A stretch of DNA of 64,000 nucleotides from an uncultured Clostridia bacterium (GTDB taxonomy: Bacteria > Bacillota > Clostridia > TANB77 > CAG-508): assembly GCA_947631745.1 (NCBI GenBank), contig CANRMM010000002.1:3364-67363 (forward strand), given 5' to 3'. The notes under the pieces were generated by a model. It had not been told where the DNA came from and ran no database searches. It saw only the letters and a list, made by a program, of their open reading frames with translations. The position numbers and the translations under genes were made by a program. This document shows positions 1 to 9,341 of the stretch, one piece after another (the first letter of the stretch is position 1; the number at the start of each line of letters is the position of its first letter).

Positions 1-641
1 TCTACATCTAATTGTCCACTAACTGTTAGGTGAGCGGGTCTTCCAAAAAAGTCTTTTGAATAATCTACTTTTCCATCTTCAGTTTTTGGAACATTATCAA
101 AATCTAAAGTAGATACATTAAACATTTCTCCTGCACCTTCACAATCACTACTTGTGATTAGTGGAGTATGAACATATACAAATCCATTTTCTTGTAAATA
201 TTTGTGTATAGCATAAGATAGAACACTACGTACTCTAAATACTGCATTAAATGTATTAGTTCTAGGTCTTAGGTGTGATACTGTACGTAAATATTCGAAT
301 GTATGCCTTTTCTTTTGAAGAGGGTAACTACTATCTGCCAAATTAATAATATTTATATTAGTTGCTTTTATTTCAAATGGCTGTTTTGCATTTTCTGTTT
401 TTACCACATTACCAGTTACTTCAATTGATGAAATAATTGTTAATTTACGTATTTCTTCAAAATTATTTAAAGTATTATCAAAAACAATTTGAACATTTTT
501 GAAACAAGAGCCATCATTAATTTCAATAAAACCAAAATTTTTTGAATCTCTAAGTGTTTTTACCCAACCACTAATTGTAACCTCCTTATTAATATATTCT
601 TCTGTTTTGTTAAATAAATCTTTTACTGTAATACCTTCCAT
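1..641 (-). CDS. asnS: asparagine--tRNA ligase, N-terminal portion (rest lies beyond window start)
   Basis: Not in ORF track (open to edge). Minus-strand translation from ATG at 641: [47 protein letters not shown]...[16 protein letters not shown]...[20 protein letters not shown]-fold plus class IIb core pattern of AsnRS; SD AAGGAGG (rc) at 650-656. Confidence 0.85.
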   Translation of the reverse strand, partial: MEGITVKDLFNKTEEYINKEVTISGWVKTLRDSKNFGFIEINDGSCFKNVQIVFDNTLNNFEEIRKLTIISSIEVTGNVVKTENAKQPFEIKATNINIINLADSSYPLQKKRHTFEYLRTVSHLRPRTNTFNAVFRVRSVLSYAIHKYLQENGFVYVHTPLITSSDCEGAGEMFNVSTLDFDNVPKTEDGKVDYSKDFFGRPAHLTVSGQLDV

Positions 642-659
642 TTTTTTGACCTCCTTAAA

Positions 660-900
660 TATAAAAATGTAGCAATAAAAAAAGTCCCTGCAATTTAAAT
701 TGCAGGGACGAAATTTCCTTTCGCGGTGCCACCCGGCTTGAAAAGTAAAATACTTTTCCTCTTTATTTAGAAATGCTCTGATGTGTTGCGAGACTATGTT
801 TATCTAAAAAAGGCTTTCAGCCGGTGACCTTTTTTCTCTGTTAGTAACCTCTAATCTCTTTCCATCTTCAACGCAATAATTTTATAAATAATTTAGAACA
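660..900 (-). promoter_or_regulatory. T-box leader (tRNA-sensing riboswitch) in front of asnS
   Basis: Minus strand reads CCGGGTGGCACCGCGAAAGGAAATTTCGTCCCTGCAATTTAAATTGCAGGGACTTTTTTT: conserved T-box sequence (722-736) overlapping a 9-bp-stem terminator (684-709) plus U-run; AGAGA-containing stem I-like region about 800-890; possible AAC specifier at 798-800. Confidence 0.8.
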
Positions 901-901
901 T

Positions 902-930
902 ATTTTATAGTATTGTAACCTAAAAGTCAA
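902..930 (-). promoter_or_regulatory. sigma-A type promoter for T-box/asnS
   Basis: Minus strand TTGACT (925-930), 17 nt spacer, TAAAAT (902-907). Confidence 0.5.
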
Positions 931-1013
931 TATTTATGTTAAAAAAAATAGATTGATTATCAATTTTAAATATGATAAACTTTTTTTAGATTTTATTAAT
1001 GGGGGAAATAAAT

Positions 1014-1595
1014 ATGGCAAATTCAAAGTTAATAGTTGTAGAAGGTGCACAGGGAGCAGGAAAAACGACAGTAACAGATTATATTAGAAATACAATGAAT
1101 TATACAAATTTGTATAGATTATGTGGAACTTCAGATCCATCTGAAGCAGGAAAGAAGAAGACCACTATTATGTATAGAGATTTAATGGATTATCTTTCTA
1201 AGCTTGAGAATTGTAGTATAAATTTATTATTTGATAGAACTTTTTTTACAGAGGAAAATTATTGCCGACTAGGGTATAAGGAATATTCTTTTTCTGATGT
1301 ATATGATGAATTATTGGAGAAGTTTAGCAAATTGGATTTTAAAATATATTATGTAACACTTTATTTAGAAGATGAATCAGAATTCGAAAAAAGACTGGAT
1401 AGAAAAGGAAAAGTAGAGCTAGATTATTTAAAATTCAAGTCAGAGAATAGTATTAAACAACAACGTGAATATTTGAAAATGGCAGAAGAAATTAAGAAAA
1501 AGTACCCTCAAATTCATTGTATTAATATTGAAAATAACAGGGATTTTGAAGAAGTAAAAGAGGACATTAATAAAATTATTAATGATAAAGTTTAA
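1014..1595 (+). CDS. P-loop NTPase, (deoxy)nucleoside/nucleotide kinase-like
   Basis: Walker A VVEGAQGAGKTT near N-terminus, about 190 aa, dTMP-kinase-like size; start moved to MANSK with GGGGGAA SD. Confidence 0.55.
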   Translation: MANSKLIVVEGAQGAGKTTVTDYIRNTMNYTNLYRLCGTSDPSEAGKKKTTIMYRDLMDYLSKLENCSINLLFDRTFFTEENYCRLGYKEYSFSDVYDELLEKFSKLDFKIYYVTLYLEDESEFEKRLDRKGKVELDYLKFKSENSIKQQREYLKMAEEIKKKYPQIHCINIENNRDFEEVKEDINKIINDKV

Positions 1596-1742
1596 ATGTT
1601 TGTATATGTGAAGTAAAAAAATATTATTTAAATGAGTCTTTGAATTTGATATATGGGAATTCGGGACTTGTTTTTTTATGGAAAAATGTATATAATGATT
1701 AAATAATTTTACTAGATGAAGAAAATCAGATTGGAGGAAAAT

Positions 1743-2033
1743 ATGGCAGAAGTAAGTAAAGAAGAATTATTATATATTGCAAAGTTAGCAGACTTAAATT
1801 TGAAAGATGAAGAAATAGATAAATATTTATTACATCTTCAAGATATTTTAAATTTTGCTAATATTGTAAATAATGCGAATGTTGATGGATTAGATATTAC
1901 AATAGGTGCTAATGAGGCAAAGAATGTTTTTCGTAAAGATGAAGTAGTTGTGTTTGAAGATAATGAAGCATTACTACAAAATGCACCGGATAAAGAGAGG
2001 AATATGTTTAAAATTCCTAAGGTAATCCAATGA
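1743..2033 (+). CDS. gatC: Asp/Glu-tRNA amidotransferase subunit C
   Basis: MAEVSKEELLYIAKLADLNLKDEEIDKY... typical GatC; GGAGGAAAAT ATG; followed by gatA/gatB. Confidence 0.9.
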   Translation: MAEVSKEELLYIAKLADLNLKDEEIDKYLLHLQDILNFANIVNNANVDGLDITIGANEAKNVFRKDEVVVFEDNEALLQNAPDKERNMFKIPKVIQ

Positions 2034-2044
2034 TAGGAGGAAAT

Positions 2045-2677
2045 ATGAGGTTAGGAATTGACATCGATGATACTATTTCGGATACTTATCAAATTGTAAT
2101 GGAGTATGCGAAAAATTTTACCAAGCAATATTGCCATCGTGAGTATAATGATATTGAAAAGAGGCTTGGAAATATAGAGACACATTATTATATACAAGAG
2201 GTTTTTGAGTGGAATACTGAAGAAGAGGAAGCTTTTTTCAAACAATATTACCGAAAATTTATTGATGCAGTAAAACCAAAAGAAGATGCTCAGAAGATTT
2301 TACAAGAATTATATTGTCATCATGAAATTATTTTAATTACAGCTAGATGGGAAGATGAAAAAGACAATGGAATTAAGGAAGCAACAAAGAGGTGGCTAGA
2401 GCAATATCAAATTCCTTATAATAAATTATATTTGAATCGCCCTAAATTAGAAGTATGTAAGGAAAATAAAATTAATGTTTTTATTGATGATAGTTATGTG
2501 AATTGTAAATCTGTTCAAAGTGATGGAATTAAGACATATATGATGGATTGTAAATCTAATCAAAATATAGAAGATGACAGCATTGAGCGTGTTTATAATT
2601 GGAATGATATTTATGAGAAACTAAAAAAATATGAGGGGGAAAATGCAAATGGAAATTACTACTCTTACCGTTCATGA
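2045..2677 (+). CDS. HAD-superfamily 5'(3')-deoxyribonucleotidase-like (NT5C-type) hydrolase
   Basis: N-terminal DxDxT motif ([14 protein letters not shown]), later FIDDS motif; about 210 aa; sits between gatC and gatA, 3' end overlaps gatA start. Confidence 0.6.
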   Translation: MRLGIDIDDTISDTYQIVMEYAKNFTKQYCHREYNDIEKRLGNIETHYYIQEVFEWNTEEEEAFFKQYYRKFIDAVKPKEDAQKILQELYCHHEIILITARWEDEKDNGIKEATKRWLEQYQIPYNKLYLNRPKLEVCKENKINVFIDDSYVNCKSVQSDGIKTYMMDCKSNQNIEDDSIERVYNWNDIYEKLKKYEGENANGNYYSYRS

Positions 2678-4127
2678 GTTACAAGAAAAACTAAAAAATA
2701 AAGAGCTTACGAGTTATGAAATTACAAAAGCATATACAGACAGAATTGCTGAAAAAGAAAAAGATGTACAAGCTTTTGTAACAGATTTATCAGAGGTAGC
2801 TCTAAATCAAGCAAAGGAAATAGATGATAAAAGAAAAAAAGGAGAGATTACAAATAATTTAGCAGGTATTCCAATAGGAATAAAAGATATTATTTGTACA
2901 AAAGGTGTTAGGACAACTTGTAGTTCTAGAATGCTAGAAAATTTTATAGCACCTTATGATGCAACTGTTATGGAAAAAATTAATGAAGAGCATCTTATTG
3001 ATTTGGGAAAATTAAATATGGATGAATTTGCGATGGGAGGCTCTACAGAATATTCATATTTTAAGAAGACAAGAAATCCATGGAATTTAGATAAAGTACC
3101 TGGAGGTTCATCAGGAGGTTCTGCTGCAGCAGTTGCTGCTGGTATGGTACCTTGGGCTTTAGGAACAGATACAGGAGGTTCTATTAGACAACCAGCTAGT
3201 TTTTGTGGAATTGTTGGAATGAAACCAACTTATGGTCTTGTTTCTAGGTATGGTGTTGTGGCATTTGCTTCATCACTTGATCAAGTTGGACCTATGACAA
3301 AAGATGTAACAGATTGTGCAATGCTTTTAAATATTATTGCTGGTCATGATGAAAAAGATTCTACATCTGTGGATAATGGGGATAAAGACTATACAAAATC
3401 GCTTAAAGCTGATGTTAAAGGATTAAAAATAGGAATTCCAAAAGAATATTTTGGAGAAGGAATTAATCCAGAAGTAAAAGAAAAATTACAAGAAGCAATT
3501 GAAAGATATAAGAAATTAGGTGCTGTTGTTGAAGAATGTTCTTTAAATATTGCAGATTATGCATTAGCTACTTACTATATTATTGCTTGTGCTGAGGCCA
3601 GTTCAAACTTAGGTAGATTTGATGGAATCCGTTATGGATATCGTACAGAAAATTATACTAATTTAAAAGAATTATACCGTAATTCTAGAAGTGAAGGCTT
3701 TGGTGCAGAGGTAAAAAGAAGAATTATTTTAGGAACGTATGTACTTTCATCAGGATATTATGATGCATATTACAAAAAAGCACAACAAGTAAGAACTTTA
3801 GTAATGCAAGAATTTGCAAAATGTTTTGAAAAGTATGATGTACTTTTAACACCAACATCACCAACAGTAGCATTTGATATTGGTTCAAAATCAAATAATC
3901 CATTAGAGATGTATTTGGCAGATATATGTACGGTTTCTGTTAATATAGCAGGTCTTCCTGGAATTTCAATTCCTTGTGGAGTAGATAAAGAAGGAATGCC
4001 TATTGGAATGCAATTGATTGGTAATCGTTTTAGTGAGGAAATATTAATTAGAACAGCATATACTTTTGAACAAGATTTGAAATTTAGAGATAATTATCAA
4101 CCAAAATTCAAAGGAGGTGCAAGGTAG
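2643..4127 (+). CDS. gatA: Asp/Glu-tRNA amidotransferase subunit A
   Basis: Amidase signature [14 protein letters not shown]...[16 protein letters not shown]. Confidence 0.95.
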   Translation: MQMEITTLTVHELQEKLKNKELTSYEITKAYTDRIAEKEKDVQAFVTDLSEVALNQAKEIDDKRKKGEITNNLAGIPIGIKDIICTKGVRTTCSSRMLENFIAPYDATVMEKINEEHLIDLGKLNMDEFAMGGSTEYSYFKKTRNPWNLDKVPGGSSGGSAAAVAAGMVPWALGTDTGGSIRQPASFCGIVGMKPTYGLVSRYGVVAFASSLDQVGPMTKDVTDCAMLLNIIAGHDEKDSTSVDNGDKDYTKSLKADVKGLKIGIPKEYFGEGINPEVKEKLQEAIERYKKLGAVVEECSLNIADYALATYYIIACAEASSNLGRFDGIRYGYRTENYTNLKELYRNSRSEGFGAEVKRRIILGTYVLSSGYYDAYYKKAQQVRTLVMQEFAKCFEKYDVLLTPTSPTVAFDIGSKSNNPLEMYLADICTVSVNIAGLPGISIPCGVDKEGMPIGMQLIGNRFSEEILIRTAYTFEQDLKFRDNYQPKFKGGAR

Positions 4128-4128
4128 T

Positions 4129-5571
4129 ATGGCAAAAGAAGATTATGAGATGGTAATAGGACTAGAAGTTCATGCAGAGCTTTCTACAAAAACGAAAATA
4201 TTTTGCTCTTGCCCTACTGAATTTGGTGGAGAGCCCAATACGCATACTTGCCCAATTTGTATGGCAATGCCAGGAACACTTCCTGTACTTAATGAAAGAG
4301 TTGTTGAATATGCTGTTAAAGCAGGCTTAGCTACTAACTGTGAAATTGCAAGAGATAGTAAGAATGATAGAAAAAATTATTTTTATCCAGACTTACCAAA
4401 ATCATATCAGATTTCGCAATTTGATAAACCACTTTGTGAGCATGGATATGTAGAAATTGAGGATGATGAAGGAAATCCTAAAAAAATTCGTCTTACAAGG
4501 ATTCATATAGAAGAAGATGCAGGAAAATTAAATCATAATGAATTTGGTGGAGGAAGTTTAGTTGACCTAAATAGGGCAGGAGTGCCTTTAATTGAGATTG
4601 TATCAGAGCCAGATTTGCGTTCATCAGGAGAAGCTGAAAGATATTTAAAGAAATTAAAGTCAATTCTAGAATATATAGAAGTTTCGGATTGTAAGATGCA
4701 AGAAGGTTCTTTGAGAGCAGATGTTAATGTTTCTGTTCGTAAAAAAGATGCAGATAAGTTTGGAACCAGAACTGAAATGAAGAATATGAATTCATTTAAG
4801 GCAATTACTAGAGCAATTGAGTATGAAGCAGATAGACAAATTGATGTGATTGAAGATGGAGGAAAAATTGACCAAGAAACTTTAAGATGGGATGATGTAT
4901 CTGGAAAGACTTTTTCTATGAGAGATAAGGAAAATGCACAAGACTATCGTTATTTTCCAGATCCAGATTTAGTAGCTATTAAACTTTCTGAAGAGTATAT
5001 TGAGAATATTAGAAAAGGATTACCAGAGTTACCAGAAAGCAGAAAGGCAAGATATATGGACGAATTTAAACTTTCAGAAAAGGATAGTAGATTGCTTACT
5101 GCATCAAAGTATTTATCAAATATGTTTGAAGAAGCGGAAAGCATTTGTAAAAATGCAAAGTCTGTTGCTAACTGGTTGTTATCTGATATTTCAAGAATTT
5201 TAAATGAAAAAGAAATGGAGCCAGAAAATATTCCATTTACAGGAAGAGACCTTGCTACAGTAGTACAATTGATAGATAAAGGAACTATTAGTTCTGCTAT
5301 TGCTAAAAAAGTAGTAGAAGAATTATTTGAAAATCCAAAAAATCCTGAAGAGATTATAAAGGAGAAAGGTTGGATTCAAATTTCTGATGAAGGTGCTATT
5401 AAAGAAGTTGTTATGAAAATATTAGAAAATAATCCTCAATCTATTGCAGATTATAAAGCTGGAAAAGATAGAGCATTAGGATTTTTAGTTGGCCAAGCTA
5501 TGAAAGAAACAAAAGGAAAAGCAAATCCTCAGATGCTAAATAAAATGTTTTTAGAGGAATTAAAAAAATAA
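4129..5571 (+). CDS. gatB: Asp/Glu-tRNA amidotransferase subunit B
   Basis: YEMVIGLEVHAELSTKTKIFC...RIHIEEDAGK... and C-terminal GatB/YqeY tail; SD AAAGGAGG. Confidence 0.95.
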   Translation: MAKEDYEMVIGLEVHAELSTKTKIFCSCPTEFGGEPNTHTCPICMAMPGTLPVLNERVVEYAVKAGLATNCEIARDSKNDRKNYFYPDLPKSYQISQFDKPLCEHGYVEIEDDEGNPKKIRLTRIHIEEDAGKLNHNEFGGGSLVDLNRAGVPLIEIVSEPDLRSSGEAERYLKKLKSILEYIEVSDCKMQEGSLRADVNVSVRKKDADKFGTRTEMKNMNSFKAITRAIEYEADRQIDVIEDGGKIDQETLRWDDVSGKTFSMRDKENAQDYRYFPDPDLVAIKLSEEYIENIRKGLPELPESRKARYMDEFKLSEKDSRLLTASKYLSNMFEEAESICKNAKSVANWLLSDISRILNEKEMEPENIPFTGRDLATVVQLIDKGTISSAIAKKVVEELFENPKNPEEIIKEKGWIQISDEGAIKEVVMKILENNPQSIADYKAGKDRALGFLVGQAMKETKGKANPQMLNKMFLEELKK

Positions 5572-5587
5572 AGATATAAAATTAGAA

Positions 5588-5630
5588 AAGCTCTTAAAAT
5601 GAAATTATTTCATTTTAAGAGCTTGCTTTT
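5588..5630 (+). terminator. rho-independent terminator after gatB
   Basis: 17-bp stem AAGCTCTTAAAATGAAA / TTTCATTTTAAGAGCTT followed by T-rich tract. Confidence 0.8.
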
Positions 5631-5650
5631 ATGTATATTTTTTCATCTGA

Positions 5651-5884
5651 TTAAAAATGAATCCGAAAGCAAATAAAAGCAACTAAGAAAAATAGACTTG
5701 TTTGAAATAAGGAAATGCCAACGAAAAATAATGAAGGAATATGTAATGATTCATAGATTGTTAAGATAAGAGTAGCGAATAAACAGAAAATAAAACTGAA
5801 ATGGATTCCAGATTTCATTAATTTAAGAATAGATGAATCTAAGGTATGTATTTCATTATAAATTTTTTGAACATTTTTCATAAT
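5651..5884 (-). CDS. hypothetical small membrane protein
   Basis: ORF with two hydrophobic segments; start set to MKNVQ with GTGAGGT SD; no recognisable family. Confidence 0.35.
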   Translation of the reverse strand: MMKNVQKIYNEIHTLDSSILKLMKSGIHFSFIFCLFATLILTIYESLHIPSLFFVGISLFQTSLFFLVAFICFRIHF

Positions 5885-6220
5885 GTACCTCACTTTATAT
5901 GGTTTACTATAATTATATGTTAACATAATATAAAAAGAAAAACAAAGTAAATTTCTGGAAATTTTATTGAAAAATAATTTATTATGTGATTTAATAATTA
6001 GGATTAAATGTAATAGATATGCTATTACAAATTTATAATAATTTTTTTAGTTTTATTCTAAAATGAGATTTCAAGATATTTAATTCAAATTAAATTTAAA
6101 TCTAAAAGCGAATCGCTTGATTATTTCAAATAATAATAAAAAATGTGAGATAGGAGGTGCTATTTTAATTAAATAGCATATTTAAAGCATTTAAAATATT
6201 AATAAAGGAGAAAAATAATA

Positions 6221-7183
6221 TTGATAGAAAATAAACAAGAAACAGGCGAAGAAAAAATGGAAAAAAGAAAATTGTTAATACCTAAAATAGATGTTGTTTT
6301 TCATTCTCTTTTTCGATCTAGTAAAGAAAAGTTAATAGGATATTTTATATCAAGTTTAATTCAAAAAAAGGTAAAGGTTATATATGTAGATAAAGATAGG
6401 CATTTGATGAGAAAATATCCAGAAGAAAAATTAGGCATTTTAGATTTACGTACAGAACTAGAAGGTGGAGTTATTTGTAATATAGAAGTACAATTGGCAA
6501 ATCCTGGGAATATTGTAGATCGAATATTATATTATTGGAGCAGAGCATTTGGTGAACAACTGAAAGAAGGAGATGAATACCAAGAATTAAATAAAACAAT
6601 AGGAATATTGATTGTAGATTTTAAATTGAAAGAAATGGAGGGAATAGAGAAATTAGGAACAAAATGGAAGATAATGGCAGAAGGAGAGGAAAATCGAATA
6701 TTGACAGAAAAGCTAGAATTAATTATACTAGAAATACCAAAAGCAAGAGAAATGGTAAAAATGGGGAAAAAAGATAAAATAGTGGAATGGCTAATGTTTT
6801 TGGATAATCCAAATAGTGTGGAGGTAACAAAAATAATGGAGGAGAACGAAGAAATAAAGGAAGCTGTGGAAGAATTAGAAGAAATTAGTCAAGACGAAGA
6901 ATTAAAAAGAGTAGCTTTTTTGAAAGAAAAATATATACGAGATGAAAAAAGTGCAAGAAGATATTATAAAGAACAAGGATTAGAAGAAGGTAGAATATTA
7001 GGAATAAAGCAAGGTGTAAAAGAAGGAATAAAAGAAGGAAAAAAAGAAGGAATAAAGGAAGGCAAAAAAATAAATACAGAGGAAATTGCAAAAAAAATGC
7101 TACAAAAAAATTTTCCAATAGAAGTGATTATGGAGATAACAAATTTAACAGAAGAAGAAGTTAAGAAGATTCAATCTAATTAA
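6221..7183 (+). CDS. Rpn-family recombination-promoting nuclease / PD-(D/E)XK putative transposase
   Basis: LIPKIDVVFHSLF...ILDLRTELEGGVICNIEVQL pattern of Rpn/YhgA (PDDEXK_2) proteins; C-terminal KEGIKEGKKEG repeats; SD AAAGGAG before TTG start (ATG 6257 alternative). Confidence 0.75.
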   Translation: MIENKQETGEEKMEKRKLLIPKIDVVFHSLFRSSKEKLIGYFISSLIQKKVKVIYVDKDRHLMRKYPEEKLGILDLRTELEGGVICNIEVQLANPGNIVDRILYYWSRAFGEQLKEGDEYQELNKTIGILIVDFKLKEMEGIEKLGTKWKIMAEGEENRILTEKLELIILEIPKAREMVKMGKKDKIVEWLMFLDNPNSVEVTKIMEENEEIKEAVEELEEISQDEELKRVAFLKEKYIRDEKSARRYYKEQGLEEGRILGIKQGVKEGIKEGKKEGIKEGKKINTEEIAKKMLQKNFPIEVIMEITNLTEEEVKKIQSN

Positions 7184-7189
7184 AAGAAA

Positions 7190-7218
7190 AAAGACAGGCT
7201 ATTTGATAGTCTGTCTTT
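7190..7218 (+). terminator. terminator hairpin after Rpn gene
   Basis: AAAGACAGGCTA / TAGTCTGTCTTT stem, 5-nt loop. Confidence 0.6.
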
Positions 7219-7256
7219 AAAAATTAAATAAAAAACTGTGCACAATTTTTTATTCC

Positions 7257-7523
7257 TTATGCATTTACTGCATTTAATTTTTTAGCTAAGTTTGATTTTT
7301 TTCTAGCAGCTGTATTTTTTACAATAACTCCTTTTGTACATGCTTGATCAATTTTTCTTGTAGCTGTTGAGAATAATTTTGTAGCTTCTTCAACATTATT
7401 GTTTGCTAGAGCTTCTTCAAATCTTTTAATTGCAGTTTTATATTCAGATTTAATCATATTATTTCTTAATGTTTTCTTCTCAATAACATTAACACGTTTG
7501 ATAGCTGATTTAATGTTTGGCAT
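7257..7523 (-). CDS. rpsT: 30S ribosomal protein S20
   Basis: [22 protein letters not shown]... canonical S20 N-terminus; SD GGGAGGTG. Confidence 0.95.
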   Translation of the reverse strand: MPNIKSAIKRVNVIEKKTLRNNMIKSEYKTAIKRFEEALANNNVEEATKLFSTATRKIDQACTKGVIVKNTAARKKSNLAKKLNAVNA

Positions 7524-7564
7524 ATTTAGCACCTCCCTTTATGTTCGTAAATCTAACGTATAAG

Positions 7565-7593
7565 ATTATATCATACGGTTTCTATTTTGGCAA
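7565..7593 (-). promoter_or_regulatory. sigma-A promoter of rpsT
   Basis: Minus strand TTGCCA (7588-7593), 17 nt spacer, TATAAT (7565-7570). Confidence 0.65.
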
Positions 7594-7761
7594 GAGGTTT
7601 ACAGAAAAATGCGAAGATTTATGAGAAAATAAATGAATATTGAATAAATGTGTAGTGAAGGTCTAGCTTTTTTATATAATATACTTGAAAAAAATAGAAT
7701 AAACATATATAATAGGAATACACTAAAACAAAGGAACGAAAAATTGGAAGGAGAGATTGTT

Positions 7762-8292
7762 ATGAATATAAAAATAACAAGCAAAGATTTAGTGGCTACA
7801 GAAGCAATCAAAGATTACATTGATAGAAAATCAGAAAGATTGGTAAAATATTTTGGAGATGACTTAGATGTTTATGTAACGATTAAAACAGAGGGAAGTA
7901 ATCAAGTTGCAGAAATGAGCTTAAAAGTAGAATCTACAGATTTTAGAGCAGTAACGGCTCATAGAGATTTATATGCTTCTATCGATAAAGATATGGATAT
8001 ATTAGAAGGTCAAGTAAGAAAGATGAAAACTAAGAAAGATAAGCAAAATATGACAGAGTCTATTCGTGTAAAGGAAACAGCACAACATGAGGAAACAGAG
8101 GTATCTGATGAAATTGTAAAAGTTTTATATTATGATATAAAACCTATGACACCAGAAGATGCAAAGTTAAAATTACAAGAGCAACCTCAAAATCGTTTCT
8201 TAGCATTCATTGATATAGATACAGGAAAGACAGATATTATTTATCGTTTAAAAGATAACAAAAATTATGGATTAGTAGAGCCAGAGGCATAA
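7762..8292 (+). CDS. hpf: ribosome hibernation promoting factor (long HPF)
   Basis: MNIKITSKDLVATEAIKDYIDRKSERLVKYF plus C-terminal dimerisation-type tail; start moved to ATG 7762 behind GGAAGGAGAG. Confidence 0.9.
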   Translation: MNIKITSKDLVATEAIKDYIDRKSERLVKYFGDDLDVYVTIKTEGSNQVAEMSLKVESTDFRAVTAHRDLYASIDKDMDILEGQVRKMKTKKDKQNMTESIRVKETAQHEETEVSDEIVKVLYYDIKPMTPEDAKLKLQEQPQNRFLAFIDIDTGKTDIIYRLKDNKNYGLVEPEA

Positions 8293-8306
8293 AACTGAAT
8301 ACATAA

Positions 8307-8340
8307 AAAAGACATAGTAATTTTTATTACGATGTCTTTT
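8307..8340 (+). terminator. terminator after hpf
   Basis: AAAAGACATAGTAA / TTACGATGTCTTTT hairpin with T-run. Confidence 0.7.
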
Positions 8341-8370
8341 ATTATATATAAAAAATAGGAGAGAATAAAT

Positions 8371-8706
8371 ATGGTATATCAAATGAAGCTATTAGAAAAA
8401 CCTTTTCAAGCAATAAAAGATGGAACAAAAACAATAGAATATAGGTTATATGATGAAAAAAGAAGAAAATTAAAAATTGGTGATAAAATAGAATTTTCAA
8501 AATTACCTGATTTATATGAAAAAATAACAGTGGAAATATTGGATTTTTATCATGCAAAAAATTTTAAAGAGTTATTTGAAAAATGTATGGATAGCCAATT
8601 AGAAGTTGAAGAGCATATAAAAACAATTTATAATATTTATTCAAAAGAGGAAGAAAAACAATATGGAGTGATTGGAATAAAAATTAAAGTTGATGATACT
8701 GATTAA
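8371..8706 (+). CDS. ASCH domain protein
   Basis: MKLLEKPFQAIKDGTKTIEYRLYDEKRRKLKIGDKIEF resembles ASCH (ASC-1 homology) fold proteins. Confidence 0.65.
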   Translation: MVYQMKLLEKPFQAIKDGTKTIEYRLYDEKRRKLKIGDKIEFSKLPDLYEKITVEILDFYHAKNFKELFEKCMDSQLEVEEHIKTIYNIYSKEEEKQYGVIGIKIKVDDTD

Positions 8707-8737
8707 AAAAATATAGTGAAAGAAGAGTATAACAGAA

Positions 8738-9235
8738 ATGAAAATAAATATTGTTATGGTGGAACCTGAAATACCACAAAATACAGGAAATATTGCAAGG
8801 ACGTGCGCTGCAATTGGTGCTAAATTACATTTAGTAAAACCATTAGGATTTGATATTAGTGATAAATACTTGAAAAGAGCAGGTCTTGATTATTGGGATA
8901 AACTCGAAATAGAAGAACATGATTCATTAGAAAAATTTTTGGAAAAATATAAACCAGAAGAGCATAATATGTATTATGCAACAACAAAAGGCCAACATTG
9001 TTATTCAGATGTAGATTATTCTAAAATGGATGAAGTATTTTTACTATTTGGAAAAGAAACAAAAGGATTACCAGAAGATTTACTACAAAAATATATTACA
9101 AATACAATTCGTATTCCGATGAGAGAACATTTGCGTTCACTAAATTTGTCAAATTCAGTAGCCATTGTTGTATATGAAGTTTTAAGACAAGTTGGTTTTA
9201 ATGAATTGGAACAAATTAGTAATTATTTTGAATAA
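8738..9235 (+). CDS. trmL: tRNA (cytidine/uridine-2'-O-)-methyltransferase TrmL (SpoU family)
   Basis: NIVMVEPEIPQNTGNIARTCAAIGAKLHLVKPLGF...LFGKETKGLP...SLNLSNSVAIVVYE. Confidence 0.9.
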   Translation: MKINIVMVEPEIPQNTGNIARTCAAIGAKLHLVKPLGFDISDKYLKRAGLDYWDKLEIEEHDSLEKFLEKYKPEEHNMYYATTKGQHCYSDVDYSKMDEVFLLFGKETKGLPEDLLQKYITNTIRIPMREHLRSLNLSNSVAIVVYEVLRQVGFNELEQISNYFE

Positions 9236-9282
9236 AAAAAGGAAAATAATTGCAGAATAAAATAAAAGATACTTGGCAAAAT

Positions 9283-9316
9283 AATATTGTTAATCTTACG
9301 AAAAATTAACAATATT
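9283..9316. promoter_or_regulatory. 12-bp perfect inverted repeat upstream of surface-protein/sortase operon
   Basis: AATATTGTTAAT (9283-9294), 10 nt, ATTAACAATATT (9305-9316). Confidence 0.5.
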
Positions 9317-9341
9317 AAATTTTGTGAAGGGCGGTGGAATA

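Noticed and set aside
6960-7080. KEGIKEGKKEGIKEGKK repeats in the Rpn-family protein as a special repeat element
   Set aside because: This is a low-complexity charged tail inside an otherwise ordinary ORF, with no DNA-level perfect tandem structure of note.
7190-7218. Similarity between the hairpin at 7190-7218 (ACAGGCTATTTGATAGTCTGT) and the hairpin at 63501-63521 (CAGACTATTTTTGGTAGTCTG) as a second repeat family
   Set aside because: The shared core is short, the loops differ, and there are only two instances. This may be chance convergence of terminator hairpins and needs a genome-wide count.
9283-9316. Possible Rex operator (TTGTTAA…TTAACAA)
   Set aside because: Rex boxes have a 4-nt central spacer as I recall the consensus. 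Here the half-sites are separated by 12 nt, so a Rex assignment is not supported.
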